64,000 nt of DNA from an uncultured Nitrososphaeraceae archaeon (GTDB taxonomy: Archaea > Thermoproteota > Nitrososphaeria > Nitrososphaerales > Nitrososphaeraceae). The notes below the pieces were generated by a model. It was given only the letters and a program-made list of their open reading frames with translations, was not told the DNA's origin and ran no database searches. The position numbers and the translations under genes were made by a program. The stretch covers positions 96,001 through 160,000 of the forward strand of contig CAVZZA010000004.1 of assembly GCA_963779615.1 (NCBI GenBank), in the 5' to 3' direction. Shown here in pieces: positions 41,941 through 53,253 of the stretch (position 1 is its first letter; the number at the start of each line of letters is the position of its first letter).

Positions 41941-42610
41941 ATGTATATGAGCAATGCAAATAGTTCTTTAAACAAGAATATGGGTATCTTACTGATTGCT
42001 ATACTTTCAATAGCAGTTATTGCCGAATTTAGTCAATTTACAAATGTCAATGCGTTGAAAAATTATTTTAATTGTACATACAAAAAAGGTAAATAATAAT
42101 GATAATTTTGCTATCCAAGACGCTTTCAAATGTTATGACAATATATTCAAAGGTGCTCAGCAATATGTAAATGAAACTTACCAAAACCCGGATGTAAATA
42201 ATCTGAATACAATAAAAGAAGTTGTATATACCAACCCCAACACATCTGTTGATTCACCTACCACTGCTACTACAACTACTAATGATAATGTAACAAACTC
42301 CAAGGTAAAAACAACAACTGGTGGCGATAAATTAATCTTGCCCATCAAGCTAAATGATGACCTAAGAACTACACACGTCTCTAAAACCGTTCATAATGAA
42401 AAACCAGATGTCCCCGACAACACCGACATGGCCTCAGAAACTACACACGTCTCTAAAACCGTTCATAATGAAAAACCAGATGTCCCCGATAACACCGACA
42501 TGGCCTCAGAAAAGTCGCCCGAGTCTACGCCTGATTTCAATTTAAATTCGGACTTACCATCAAACCCTCAATCATTTGATTTGCCCTTCGCCGCAGTGAT
42601 ACCCAAATAA
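41941..42610 (+). pseudogene. Secreted Thr/Asn-rich protein split by a frameshift in an A-tract
   Basis: Signal peptide ...VNA-LKNYFNCTYKK ends at a TAA just after the A6 tract (42082-42087). Deleting one A opens a continuous frame (VNNNDNFAIQDAFKCY...) to the stop at 42610. Confidence 0.75.
42368..42511 (+). repeat. 72-bp tandem duplication (24 aa TTHVSKTVHNEKPDVPDNTDMASE x2)
   Basis: Two copies with a single synonymous mismatch. Confidence 0.95.
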
Positions 42611-43171
42611 TTTTTTTTGGGTTTAGATTTAAGAGCAAATGAAACGGATATTTCCACCGGGATAACAGTATGCTACTGAAAAGGCCATTCCTGCGTTCAT
42701 GCATTTTTACATTACCGGTAATTTTCAAAATAAGGAAAAGTAGTTCTCTGGTTTTAAATCAACTGCATCGCCATTTATTTGCGATGACCTTTCTTCTGGT
42801 TCTATTTTCTGTTATCGTTGTTTTGTAAGACCTATTATTGGATATATTATTGATGGTCTTGTTTGTTATTTTTATCTCATTACTTTATTGCGATAATTAA
42901 GATTTAGTGATATTGATAACGCATTATGTCGCAATTATGTCCAATTGGATACTCTTTTTCTATATTCTGAGAACAGCATAATACAGACGGATTTGCAAAT
43001 TCTCTTGTGTGGCCATTATTTCTATTTTTTCTCTGTTTATATACAAAGTAAGGCATAGGTTAATGTACCAAAAAAAATGAATAAAGAAATTACGCTATAA
43101 AGATGGATATATTGAGTATGGTTCAATTTTTTTTTATATACTTCTAATTTAATAATCTAATAATAAGTGAT

Positions 43172-43540
43172 ATGAAAATTAATTTTAAATCAATCTATGA
43201 TTACATTTTGAGCCTTGACAGCAATGTTAGATTCGTAGGCTTTATTGATGACATGGGAAAACTCGTTTATGGTGGGATGCGACCAGGGATGATTTCATTA
43301 GAAACAGAAACTGAATCAATTAAAATTTATATGGAGTTTGCACTTATTAACAAAATTCATGCTGATTTTGATGCCATGTTAGGTAAGGTCATCTATTCTT
43401 TAACTGTCAGGGAAAAAATCAAAATATTGACCTTTCCTTTTGAAACCTACATTATTAGGATATCCACTGAAAGACAAACAGACCACGAAAAAATACTAAA
43501 CCTGGTTTTAGATTATCTAAAAAAAGTACAAATAAATTAA
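43172..43540 (+). CDS. Roadblock/longin-like small protein (DUF6659-like, Nitrososphaerota-expanded)
   Basis: ILSLDSNVRFVGFID..GKLVYGGMR...LGKVIY...REK pattern. Confidence 0.75.
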   Translation: MKINFKSIYDYILSLDSNVRFVGFIDDMGKLVYGGMRPGMISLETETESIKIYMEFALINKIHADFDAMLGKVIYSLTVREKIKILTFPFETYIIRISTERQTDHEKILNLVLDYLKKVQIN

Positions 43541-45211
43541 TTATATTTTTTTTTCAATCTTGTTTATAACGTTCTTAATTCCAAGGTCCACTATATAATT
43601 ACCCAATCGAGGACCTCGCTCGGCATTAATCAATATTTTGTAAAACAAGCGAAAAAAATCTTTTGGTTCAATCTCGTTTTCTTTGGCATTTGTAAAGATT
43701 ATTGTTTGGATTTTTTGATTTAATGCGTCAGTATCCTGGTTTGTAGTGGATTTTTCTATATCGTTTGAAATTTTATTTAATTGCAGCAACACGTCACAGA
43801 TTGCCTTTTTATGTTTGCTTTCTATCTTTATTTTCATGCTATCTTCATCATACTCCAGGTTATCATCATCTTCAAAATCCTGAGCCCATTTCATTGCTAG
43901 TCTTATTTTAGCAATTATTTCCGGACTTTCATCTTTAATTAAACCATATTTTTTTAACCTTTCACATATTTTTTTGATGGAATCAGCCTCTTTGTTAATA
44001 AAAAGCTCTGATTGTTGAATCAATATTTTGTATGGAATGTGAACTTGGGAAGTGCCAGGTGGATTTAACTTATTGACATATTCATAAATCCCTTTTATTT
44101 TTATAGATTTACTTTTATTCTTTTCTTTAACTTTCTCAAAGTATATGTCTTCGTAAAAATCATATTCATCCATAAGATTTGGGATGTCTTCAACACTTAC
44201 ATGCCTGGTCCCAGATATTCTCTTATAAAGTAGTAATAAAATGGATTGGGGCGTTCCATATTTCAGCCACGTCTGGGGAGTCAATACATTTCCTGCAGAT
44301 TTACTTATTTTTTTTCCACCTTTATCGAGAAACATTTCATATTTTATATGGAAAGGATGATGAAACCCCAAAATTTCACTCGCAACCCAATCATTAATCC
44401 TTACCGAATCCATTATGTCCTTACCAAAGGCCTCAAACCTTATGTCAAAAGCACTCCACCTCGCTGCAAATTCGACCTTCCAGGCTAATTTTCCTTCACC
44501 ATTTTCTATTTTTGCCTCACCCTTGTATCCGCAACCGTTAATCAGTTTTTTATTTATTGTATTTCCGATGCATGAATAACCAATAGTTCTTTTATCTGGG
44601 AAATATTCCGTTGCATTTGCTACATACAGTCTACCACATTGTTGGCAGACGGGAAAATAAGGGAGGAACTTTGTATACTTTTGCTGACCTGTCAAATCCG
44701 CTATTTTGTCACCTATAATTTTACTATTAGTAAGAATATTGTGAGTTTGATTGGATAAGATCCCACTTTTGTATGCTTCTGATCCACTTTTAAATTTGTA
44801 ATTCACACCAACTTTGTCAAGACCCTCTAATAACAGACCGCTCATATGTGCACCGTAAGAATCATGGCAATCCCCGAAAGGGTCTGGTATTGCAGAAACT
44901 GGTTTGCATAAGTATTTGTTTAGCCATTCGGGCAATCCGTTTGGAACTTTTCTCAGTCCATCTAAATCGTCAGAAAATGCTATTAATTCTGATTTATAAC
45001 CCATATTTTGTAATGCGAGAGAAATTCCGTAGGCTCTTACCGCATCACCCATACTTCCTATGTGGGGAATCCCAGAAGCACCTAACCCGCTTTCTACTTT
45101 TATCATTTTGGTGGATCTACCAAGTTTTTTCTCCCTTTCAACAATGGTAAAAGCTACCTTGTCTATCCATGTTCCTTTACCGATTATGAGTTCTTCCAAA
45201 GAGTCGTCCAT
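43541..45211 (-). CDS. lysS: Lysine--tRNA ligase, class I
   Basis: SGIPHIG, DDLDGLRKVP, GKLAWKVEFAARW, KKISKSAGN and GPRLG motifs. Confidence 0.97.
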   Translation of the reverse strand: MDDSLEELIIGKGTWIDKVAFTIVEREKKLGRSTKMIKVESGLGASGIPHIGSMGDAVRAYGISLALQNMGYKSELIAFSDDLDGLRKVPNGLPEWLNKYLCKPVSAIPDPFGDCHDSYGAHMSGLLLEGLDKVGVNYKFKSGSEAYKSGILSNQTHNILTNSKIIGDKIADLTGQQKYTKFLPYFPVCQQCGRLYVANATEYFPDKRTIGYSCIGNTINKKLINGCGYKGEAKIENGEGKLAWKVEFAARWSAFDIRFEAFGKDIMDSVRINDWVASEILGFHHPFHIKYEMFLDKGGKKISKSAGNVLTPQTWLKYGTPQSILLLLYKRISGTRHVSVEDIPNLMDEYDFYEDIYFEKVKEKNKSKSIKIKGIYEYVNKLNPPGTSQVHIPYKILIQQSELFINKEADSIKKICERLKKYGLIKDESPEIIAKIRLAMKWAQDFEDDDNLEYDEDSMKIKIESKHKKAICDVLLQLNKISNDIEKSTTNQDTDALNQKIQTIIFTNAKENEIEPKDFFRLFYKILINAERGPRLGNYIVDLGIKNVINKIEKKI

Positions 45212-45215
45212 AATT

Positions 45216-47051
45216 CTATAACAATTTTGTTACGTATGGTCCATTAATAGTATATCCAAATTTTCTATAGTACTCCCTGGTTCCTATTGCACTTATTACT
45301 GATAATTTTCTCAAGCTATATTCCTGTTTGCAAATATTTTCTGCCTCTTCAAGTAGTTTGTGGCCCAAACCCTTATGTTGATAATCATGTCCTTTTCTTT
45401 TTCTTATATTGTTATTGCTGTTGTTGTTTTTTTCTAATCTTCTGTCCTCTGTCGTTTTTTCTCCAATTCGCACAAGGGGACCATATACATGCAATTCTCT
45501 GACGACACCCGATAAAATTTTTCCTCCCGCTAAATCGCCATTCTCCACCACTCCTGTCAATTCATCTCTTTGAGGATTTGGCATAAGCCTTAATCTTAAA
45601 AAACCAAATATGATGTTATTGTCTTTAGTTTCAAAAGATAGGAAGATCTCCTTTCCACCTGAAGAAAAATAATCTGATCTGCAAAGCTTTAAATCATCTT
45701 TGGAAAACTCTGTTTGAACCCTCTTTAATCCTATTTCACGACACCTTATGCATTTGCACTTTATTCCCTGCTTTTCTAATTCAAATAGAACTAGTTGTCT
45801 CAAATTCCCTATTTTTGGGCCTGAAATAACATCACTTGATTCTATCTCGCGCTGGATTCTCATGATTCTGACCCAAGGTGGAATTGTTTTTTTGATCTCT
45901 ACTAAAATTTTTACCAAATCATCAGTTGAATAGCTGTTATATCTTTTTTCCTGATAGAGTTTGTGTAACCCAGTATTTTTTATCACAAGTGTTGGGTAAA
46001 TTTTTAACATATCCGGCTTTAATCTTTCATCTTCGAATAATTTCTTAAAATCATCAATATCCTGTTTAATTGTGGACTTGGGTAAGCCGGGCATCATATG
46101 AGCTACAATTTTGTATCCACAATTTTTTGCCAGATAAAAAGCCTCATAAACATCATTTAGTTCATGGCCACGATTGACTGCTTTGTAAACCTCATTACTT
46201 AATGATTGAACTCCAATTTCAATTCTTGTGGTTCCTAATTCAAGCATGGTATCGATATGTTCTTTTTTACAATAATCTGGCTTTGTTTCAATTGTGAGCC
46301 CAACACATCTTAAATTTGATTTCTCGTTATTTTTTTTTGCTTCTTCTAAATTCTCGCTTAACTTAAATTCCAAAATAAGTTCATTTCGAGCAGATTCCAC
46401 ACTATAAGCTTTCTTACTAAATAAATGCATATCAAACAAGCTAAATGCATCATAACATTTTTTAACAAAATCTTTTTGATAACTTACCGGATAAAAAGGG
46501 AAGGTTCCTCCGACAATAACAAGTTCTGCTTTGTCAACGTTATGGCCCCTTTCAATTAGTTGTATAGCTTTTGACCAAACTTGCCTGAAAGGATCGTAGT
46601 TAACATGTTGTGCTATTTTGGTAACAGGTTCTGTACCGATATAACTTAATGGGGTGTTGTCCTCAATCCCACCGGGGCAATAAATGCATTTTCCATGCGG
46701 ACAATCAAATGGCATCGGCATCACAGTTATGACTGCAATGCCTGATGATGTTTTAGTTGGTTTCAGTCTTAATAGTTTTTTGTAATGGTTATCATCTGGT
46801 AAAAGTTTTATGATATCAACATTTTTTGGAATTTTCGATAACTTATACTTTGAGGACTTGTTTTTTATAATGTGAAATATTTCTTTTTCTGGATTATAGC
46901 CATTGGTATTTAAAAATAATATTTCACTAGCGATTTCTTCACATGCTTTTTGATACGAGATATCATTGCTTGCCCGCTTGTTTTTGATATCTTCAACAAA
47001 TGAATTTAATAGAATATCGAATGCATTTGTAGTATTTTTATCTTTAAACAA
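45216..47051 (-). CDS. elp3: Elp3 tRNA uridine(34) acetyltransferase (radical SAM + KAT)
   Basis: CPHGKCIYCPGG, GGTF, ETKPD, LKIYPT, RIQREI, VRELHVYG, QHKGLG and GTREYY. Confidence 0.96.
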   Translation of the reverse strand: MFKDKNTTNAFDILLNSFVEDIKNKRASNDISYQKACEEIASEILFLNTNGYNPEKEIFHIIKNKSSKYKLSKIPKNVDIIKLLPDDNHYKKLLRLKPTKTSSGIAVITVMPMPFDCPHGKCIYCPGGIEDNTPLSYIGTEPVTKIAQHVNYDPFRQVWSKAIQLIERGHNVDKAELVIVGGTFPFYPVSYQKDFVKKCYDAFSLFDMHLFSKKAYSVESARNELILEFKLSENLEEAKKNNEKSNLRCVGLTIETKPDYCKKEHIDTMLELGTTRIEIGVQSLSNEVYKAVNRGHELNDVYEAFYLAKNCGYKIVAHMMPGLPKSTIKQDIDDFKKLFEDERLKPDMLKIYPTLVIKNTGLHKLYQEKRYNSYSTDDLVKILVEIKKTIPPWVRIMRIQREIESSDVISGPKIGNLRQLVLFELEKQGIKCKCIRCREIGLKRVQTEFSKDDLKLCRSDYFSSGGKEIFLSFETKDNNIIFGFLRLRLMPNPQRDELTGVVENGDLAGGKILSGVVRELHVYGPLVRIGEKTTEDRRLEKNNNSNNNIRKRKGHDYQHKGLGHKLLEEAENICKQEYSLRKLSVISAIGTREYYRKFGYTINGPYVTKLL

Positions 47052-47859
47052 ATATTAGGTAAATTAAAACTTTTGTGAATTAAAATGTTATTACATTTTA
47101 TCTTTTTACAAAGTTTAAGACACTATTTAGGACAATCTTAGACGGGCGAGGATTTCAATCACAGAGAAAAAAAGGACAATTGAAGCATCCTTATTCTAAA
47201 TTTATGATGGTTTAAAAGAATAAAGGGAATAAAGTGAACCATGTGTGGAAAAACAAGGGTACACGAATGTGGATTTTATAACCAAACCCTAGTATGAAAA
47301 ATTTTTGAAAATTTTATATTTCAGTAAAAAAGATATATTTTTCTACTAGTCTATCAATATTTAAAAAGCCTCTATACAGAGGGTAAGGTTTAGGGCGTTT
47401 TTCCTTTTTTTTTGCCGTTTGCGGTGTCAAATAAGAAGAGAGATAACTGAAACAAGATATACGAAATACATTCTTTATTTTATTACCACAAAGTAGAACA
47501 TTAGGGAATACGCCTAAATCCATTTTTTTTGATTGTTACGATAAGCCATACAGGCATAAGAGATTGAATTCAAAACAAAATTTCAAGTTAAGGCCAACAA
47601 AAAAAAGTAAAAATTTACTTGTGCATCAATACCAAAAATATAATGTCTCATTTATAGAATATCCAATAACATTCAAAAAGCACATCTGGTATTGCATTGC
47701 TATTTCCTTAAAGATGCCTGATTTTTAAGTTCTGTTTAGGTGTTTGAAGTAAATAATAGTAAATTTTTTAATTGGATTCGCATATCAACACATTTTCTAT
47801 AACTTAATTTCAGGTTTATTGTTTATATCTGTTGTAGAGATATTTGGACAGTAAAGAAA

Positions 47860-48945
47860 TTAAATCTTTAACAAATTATTATCTTTATCCTTATTTTTGA
47901 TAAAACAATTTCCACTACCGTTTGATTTTATTTTTCCGATTATCTGACATTTTAATTTATCCTCCTTTATGCTATTCATAATGTTCTCTGCCTCATCTTT
48001 TGAGGCAATAACACAAAATCCAATTCCCATGTTAAATGTATTATACATTTCTGCGATGTCTATATTCCCATCAACCATTATCTGCTTGAATATCCCTTTT
48101 ATTTCGGGAAGATTATCTAAAAAATAATCAACTTTAGAATTTAATCTCTTTAATTTTGTAAATGCCCCTCCTGTAATATGTGATAGTCCATGAATTACTG
48201 TGGTGTCAAATTCATCAATTAATTTTAAAATTGTTTTCGAGTATATTGTCGTAGGTTTAAGGAGCTCTTTTCCAAGGCTATTATTCAGAAACTCAGGCTT
48301 GTCGTTAATAGAGTTTTTCTCTAAAAGTATTTTTCTTGCCAAAGTGTATCCGTTAGAGTGTAATCCTGAGCTATTAATCCCTATGATAAAATCGCCTGAT
48401 TTTATTTTGTTGCCAAGAATTAATCTCCTTTTATCATTTGTAACACCAAAAATCATCCCAGCCAAATCAAAATTGTGATCCTTTCCTTTGCCTGTTATTA
48501 TGTCAGGTAATATGGCAGTTTCACCTCCAACAATTGCAATGTTTGACAGTTTTGCGCCCTTGATAAGACCTTTTGTTATTTCTTTTAAAAGAAGGTCATT
48601 TGTTTTTTGCAAAGCAATGTATGATAAATAACCTATGGGTTTTGATCCCACACAAACTATGTCGTTTACATTCATAGCTATACAATCAATACCTATTGTA
48701 TCGAACTTTTTCATTAATTGTGCTATTATTATTTTTGATCCAACTCCATCAGTATGGAGGGACATGATTTTGTTGTCAATTTCGATTAAGCCCGCATAAT
48801 GACCAAAACCAGAAATTACCTTTCCGAAATTAAGAAACTGTTGGGTTTTTTCTATGTCTTTCCCAATTTGGTTTTGAATCATTTTAATTCTTTTTATATC
48901 GATACCAACTTCCTTATATTTTGTAATTTTATTTTTTGATGGCAT
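47860..48945 (-). CDS. purM: Phosphoribosylformylglycinamidine cyclo-ligase (AIR synthetase)
   Basis: TDGVGSK, AMNVND, GGETA, SSGLHSNGY, HITGG and TFNMGIG. Confidence 0.97.
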   Translation of the reverse strand: MPSKNKITKYKEVGIDIKRIKMIQNQIGKDIEKTQQFLNFGKVISGFGHYAGLIEIDNKIMSLHTDGVGSKIIIAQLMKKFDTIGIDCIAMNVNDIVCVGSKPIGYLSYIALQKTNDLLLKEITKGLIKGAKLSNIAIVGGETAILPDIITGKGKDHNFDLAGMIFGVTNDKRRLILGNKIKSGDFIIGINSSGLHSNGYTLARKILLEKNSINDKPEFLNNSLGKELLKPTTIYSKTILKLIDEFDTTVIHGLSHITGGAFTKLKRLNSKVDYFLDNLPEIKGIFKQIMVDGNIDIAEMYNTFNMGIGFCVIASKDEAENIMNSIKEDKLKCQIIGKIKSNGSGNCFIKNKDKDNNLLKI

Positions 48946-49038
48946 TTTACTATTAATTTAAAAAAAAGGATTCACCTATAACAATAAAAACTTTATCATC
49001 CAATACCATTACTAAGTAAAATGGATAGAGTTAATTTT

Positions 49039-50220
49039 TTATTGATTTGCTCTGGGTTTCCTATTTACTAAACTGGTATATTCGCATCCCATTGGGCCGC
49101 AATATCTGCCAACGTAAACGGCCTTTGGCCTATAAAGTGCAGGTTTTGGAGCTGCTTCTGCAAATTTTTCTTCCATCACATGCGAGTTCCACCCTGCTAT
49201 TCTGGAAATAGCAAAAATTGGGGTGTTCAAATCGACAGGAATTGCTAGACTGTAATAAATCGATGCACTGTATAAATCGACATTTGGATAAATCATTATT
49301 TTCCTTTTCTCCAGCATGATTTGTTTTGTTACGAGTTCGACTTTTTCTGTGATCTCATACCATTTGGTATCTTTTTCTTTTGATATAGCCCTTGATAGTG
49401 TGGCAAGGACTTCGGAACGTGGATCTGTGGTCCTATAGACAGCATGCCCCATCCCCATAACTCTGCCGCCACCTTCCAGTCTTTTTCTAACCCAATTCTC
49501 AACATTTTCTATGTCCCCTATTTCAAGCAACATTTTCATAACCTGTATGTTGGCCCCTCCATGAAGTTCGCCCGATAATGCACCAAGGGCTCCACCAACA
49601 CATGCATATAGACTGGCCCTGGTAGATGCTATCTCTCTTGCTGCAAAAGTTGAAGCATTAAAGCTATGTTCAGCATGAAGAATCAGACTAATATCGAATA
49701 TCTTTGAAACTTCATGCTTAGGGTTTTCACCTTTCAACATAAAAAGAAAATTATGAGCATGAGTATTATCATTTAATGGCTCAATTACTTCCTTACCTTT
49801 CCTTACCCTGTCCCATGCAGCAACAATTGTGGGAATTTTCGCAATTAGGGATATAGCTCTAGCCAAATTATTTTCTTTTCCTTCATCCATTCTGTTACAA
49901 TCATAATCTGCAAGTTCCAACACTGAAGATTGTAGTATATCCATAGGATGCGCACTAACAGGTTTATTTTTCATATTTTTGATTAAAGATTCAGGAATTT
50001 TTCTTAACTTTATTAATTTGTTGTTAAATTCATTCAGTTCTTCTAAACTTGGCAATTCACCAAATAGTAATAGAAAGGCAGTTTCTTCATAAGTTGAATG
50101 ATTGGCTAAATCAAGAATATCATAACCTCTGTAAATAAGTTTCCCATTTTCACCATCAATGGAACATATCTTTGTGTCTGCTACCTCGATATTCCTTAAA
50201 CCGATATTCCGAGTATCCAT
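49039..50220 (-). CDS. gltA: Citrate synthase
   Basis: LHAEHSFNAST, LHGGAN, MGMGHAVY and PNVD. Confidence 0.96.
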   Translation of the reverse strand: MDTRNIGLRNIEVADTKICSIDGENGKLIYRGYDILDLANHSTYEETAFLLLFGELPSLEELNEFNNKLIKLRKIPESLIKNMKNKPVSAHPMDILQSSVLELADYDCNRMDEGKENNLARAISLIAKIPTIVAAWDRVRKGKEVIEPLNDNTHAHNFLFMLKGENPKHEVSKIFDISLILHAEHSFNASTFAAREIASTRASLYACVGGALGALSGELHGGANIQVMKMLLEIGDIENVENWVRKRLEGGGRVMGMGHAVYRTTDPRSEVLATLSRAISKEKDTKWYEITEKVELVTKQIMLEKRKIMIYPNVDLYSASIYYSLAIPVDLNTPIFAISRIAGWNSHVMEEKFAEAAPKPALYRPKAVYVGRYCGPMGCEYTSLVNRKPRANQ

Positions 50221-50368
50221 CCATTAAATCTAATTTTAGTATTGTATGAGGATATTAAAGCGATTCTATTGGTAGAAGTTATTACAACATTGTTCTATTC
50301 CCATTTGCTTTTTGAAAATTTTATAACAAATTTAATATTATCTTTACTTCACCTAAACTTCATATTAA

Positions 50369-51151
50369 ATGGACGATTTTACTTTAATCGATAAATCTAT
50401 CAATTTTTTTATCGAAAATCAGGTGCGAACAGGAAATGTTAAAGGAGTAGTGATCGGGCTTTCTGGAGGCATAGATTCCTCAGTTGTTGCTTATTCAGCT
50501 TCTAGGGCATTAGGAAAAGAGAATGTATTGGGATTGATATTGCCCGATAAAGATATTACACCGCAGCAGGATATAGATGATGCATTAGAAATTTGTTCTA
50601 TTTTGGATCTAGAATACAAAATAATACACATTAACAGCATTAAGGACCAAATTCTAAATAATGTTGAAAAAACAGACAATAATTTGGTTAAAGGGAATCT
50701 GTTATCAAGGGTTAGAATGTGTATACTTTACTATTATGCAAATTTATTAAACAGGTTTGTCCTTGGAACCGCAAATAAAACCGAGCTAACCATAGGTTAT
50801 TTTACAAAATATGGTGATGGGGCATCTGATTTATTTCCTATCGGTGGTTTGTACAAGACACAAGTTAAGGGTTTTGCCAAGTTCCTTAATATTCCAAATC
50901 CAATAATAAACAAAAAAAGCAGTGCTAGACTATGGAAGGATCAACAAACCGAGGATGAAATTGGTCTGTCGTTCGATGATCTGGATGCTGTGTTAGCATA
51001 TATTGATAAAAGGAAGGATAATGCAGCCAGTATTTTTTCATTAAAAGACTCATTTCCACTGATACCGCCAGACAAAATCAAGCATATATTGAGTTTAATA
51101 AAAAAAAGCGAACACAAATTTTCCTTTCCTCCAATTTGTAATTTAAACTAA
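50369..51151 (+). CDS. nadE: NH3-dependent NAD+ synthetase
   Basis: GLSGGIDSS, RVRM and GYFTKYGDG. Confidence 0.96.
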   Translation: MDDFTLIDKSINFFIENQVRTGNVKGVVIGLSGGIDSSVVAYSASRALGKENVLGLILPDKDITPQQDIDDALEICSILDLEYKIIHINSIKDQILNNVEKTDNNLVKGNLLSRVRMCILYYYANLLNRFVLGTANKTELTIGYFTKYGDGASDLFPIGGLYKTQVKGFAKFLNIPNPIINKKSSARLWKDQQTEDEIGLSFDDLDAVLAYIDKRKDNAASIFSLKDSFPLIPPDKIKHILSLIKKSEHKFSFPPICNLN

Positions 51152-51215
51152 TTTTGTTAAAAGAGTTGTTTTTTTTTGGCAGGCCATTATGTACCCACTG
51201 ATAAAACATACCATT

Positions 51216-51223
51216 TTTAAATA
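51216..51223 (+). promoter_or_regulatory. Putative TATA box of aroA'-aroB'
   Basis: TTTAAATA lies 22-29 bp upstream of the ATG at 51245. Confidence 0.5.
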
Positions 51224-51244
51224 GGTTATAATTTTCTTCTTATT

Positions 51245-52042
51245 ATGGTCCTTGGAAAAGATGTTCGGCTAAACAGAATCTTAAACAAAGGAAAAATGCT
51301 GTGTGTTCCAATGGATCATGGAATAAGCACAGGCCCATTAGATGGTATTAAAAATATAAGTAAATTTATTTATGATACTGAGGGCTCTGGTTTAACTTGT
51401 TTTCTAGTGAATAAAGGTATTATAAAGATCCTGCCAAGACCTCTAAAGATTGGGTTAATAGCACATATGTCCGCGAGTACTTCGCATGGCCCTGATCCAA
51501 ACAAAAAAGTTATTTTAGGTTCTGTTAATGAGGCAATCAGGTTAGGTGCCGACGCTGTTTCACTACATATCAATATTGGTTCTCAGGATGAGGCATCGAT
51601 GTTATATGCCTTAGGACAAATTGCCGATGAGTGTAATGAGTGGGGTATCCCATTAATTGCTATGATGTATCCCCGGGGAGAAAACATTAAGAATCCAAAT
51701 GATCCATCAATAATTTCTCATGCTTCAAGAATAGGAGCTGAAGCAGGAGCGGATATAGTTAAGACCGTATATACTGGGGACATAGATACCTTTAGAGACG
51801 TAGTAAAAAGCTGTCCCGTCCCAGTAGTTATTGCAGGAGGCCCCAAATCAAAAACAAGCGGTGATATTTTAGAAATGTGTTTTGGTGCAATACAGGCTGG
51901 TGCTATAGGCGTCACTTTTGGTAGAAACATATTCCAGCATTCTAACCCAAAGAAAATAATAAATGCTCTTCATGAGATTATTATTGGTAATAAAAAATAT
52001 GACGAGGTGCTAGAAAATTTTGAAAGAAAACAAAAGGAATAA
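51245..52042 (+). CDS. aroA': 2-amino-3,7-dideoxy-D-threo-hept-6-ulosonate synthase (DhnA-type aldolase, MJ0400 family)
   Basis: PMDHG, MMYPRG, GADIVKT, IAGGPK and GRNIFQ; overlaps aroB'. Confidence 0.92.
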   Translation: MVLGKDVRLNRILNKGKMLCVPMDHGISTGPLDGIKNISKFIYDTEGSGLTCFLVNKGIIKILPRPLKIGLIAHMSASTSHGPDPNKKVILGSVNEAIRLGADAVSLHINIGSQDEASMLYALGQIADECNEWGIPLIAMMYPRGENIKNPNDPSIISHASRIGAEAGADIVKTVYTGDIDTFRDVVKSCPVPVVIAGGPKSKTSGDILEMCFGAIQAGAIGVTFGRNIFQHSNPKKIINALHEIIIGNKKYDEVLENFERKQKE

Positions 52043-53162
52043 AAAAATTATTTTAAAACCAACATTTAAAAGGTCAAAAGAATCAACAATGGATTTTATC
52101 AATAGGGTAAGAGACAAGATTGACTTACTATATGTAGGCCCATCCGAAAATTTTGATAATAGTCAAGAGCTTGACTTAAAATTAATAAGCCAATCTGAAA
52201 ATGCAGATTATGTAATATTGAATAACATTGAAGAAGAAGGAAAATTTTCTTCAAAAAAATATTCTGATGCACATGTAAAAGAAAATGAACTTAAAGATAA
52301 CCAATATTTTAAAAAACATTTTGGAGTTTTTAAAAAAGTAGGCAACAACAAAGATATCGAAGAGATAAAAACCATATCTGAAAAAGGAGCCGATTTTGTG
52401 ATAATAGATGTAGATGACTGGAAAATAATACCTTTGGAGAACGTCATTGCTATACTTCAGAAAACAAATACCGAAATTTTCGCAATAGCAAAGTCTGTGC
52501 AAGAAGTTGAAACCTTGTTTACTGTTTTAGAATTAGGTGTAGATGGTGTAATTATTGAGACCGACAATGAGGAAGATATACTAAAGATAAGAAGTATAAT
52601 AAGAGAAATTGTTTTTAATATAGAGCCTGCAAAGATACTTGAAATCAAAGATATTGGTACAGGTGAAAGAGTTTGTATAGACACCGTTTCCATGCTATCT
52701 GAAGGGGAAGGTATGCTGATAGGAAACAAATCAAATTTTTTGTTTCTTGTACATAATGAGTCTATTGGTTCTTCTTTTACTTCTCCTAGACCCTTTAGGG
52801 TAAATGCCGGGGCAGTTCATTGTTATACAGTTATACCTGATGGTTCGACAAAGTATTTATCGGAGCTAGAGTCTGGAAGTCAAATATTAATTGTAAATTC
52901 AAAAGGATTGTCAAGAATCGTTTCCGTAGGTCGGGCAAAAATAGAAACAAGACCTCTAAGGTTATTCAAAGCAATTTGCAAAAATGAGATAGGTACTATT
53001 ATTGTTCAAAACGCAGAGACCATTAGATTTATGGATAAAAATAAAGGAATATTGCCTGTTACCCATGTAAAAACAGGAGATGAGGTATTAGTTTTCACCA
53101 AGGGAGCTTCTGGCAGGCATTTTGGAATGGAGGTTTCAGACGAGTATATTCTCGAAAAATAA
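52020..53162 (+). CDS. aroB': 3-dehydroquinate synthase II (MJ1249 family)
   Basis: DWKIIPLEN, RVCIDT, RPFRVNAGAVH, GRAKIETRP, QNAETI and RHFG. Confidence 0.95.
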   Translation: MKENKRNKKIILKPTFKRSKESTMDFINRVRDKIDLLYVGPSENFDNSQELDLKLISQSENADYVILNNIEEEGKFSSKKYSDAHVKENELKDNQYFKKHFGVFKKVGNNKDIEEIKTISEKGADFVIIDVDDWKIIPLENVIAILQKTNTEIFAIAKSVQEVETLFTVLELGVDGVIIETDNEEDILKIRSIIREIVFNIEPAKILEIKDIGTGERVCIDTVSMLSEGEGMLIGNKSNFLFLVHNESIGSSFTSPRPFRVNAGAVHCYTVIPDGSTKYLSELESGSQILIVNSKGLSRIVSVGRAKIETRPLRLFKAICKNEIGTIIVQNAETIRFMDKNKGILPVTHVKTGDEVLVFTKGASGRHFGMEVSDEYILEK

Positions 53163-53253
53163 ATTTTCCGGTCCCACATTGTTAAAATAATTTATCAATA
53201 TGTTTACATTTTTAGAGTATTGTGATTATTGACCTGATTTAAAAGCTCAATAA

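Noticed and set aside
47100-47850. Long purM-elp3 spacer as a riboswitch/ncRNA, or its 69 aa ORF
   Set aside because: No recognisable RNA structure or protein motif.
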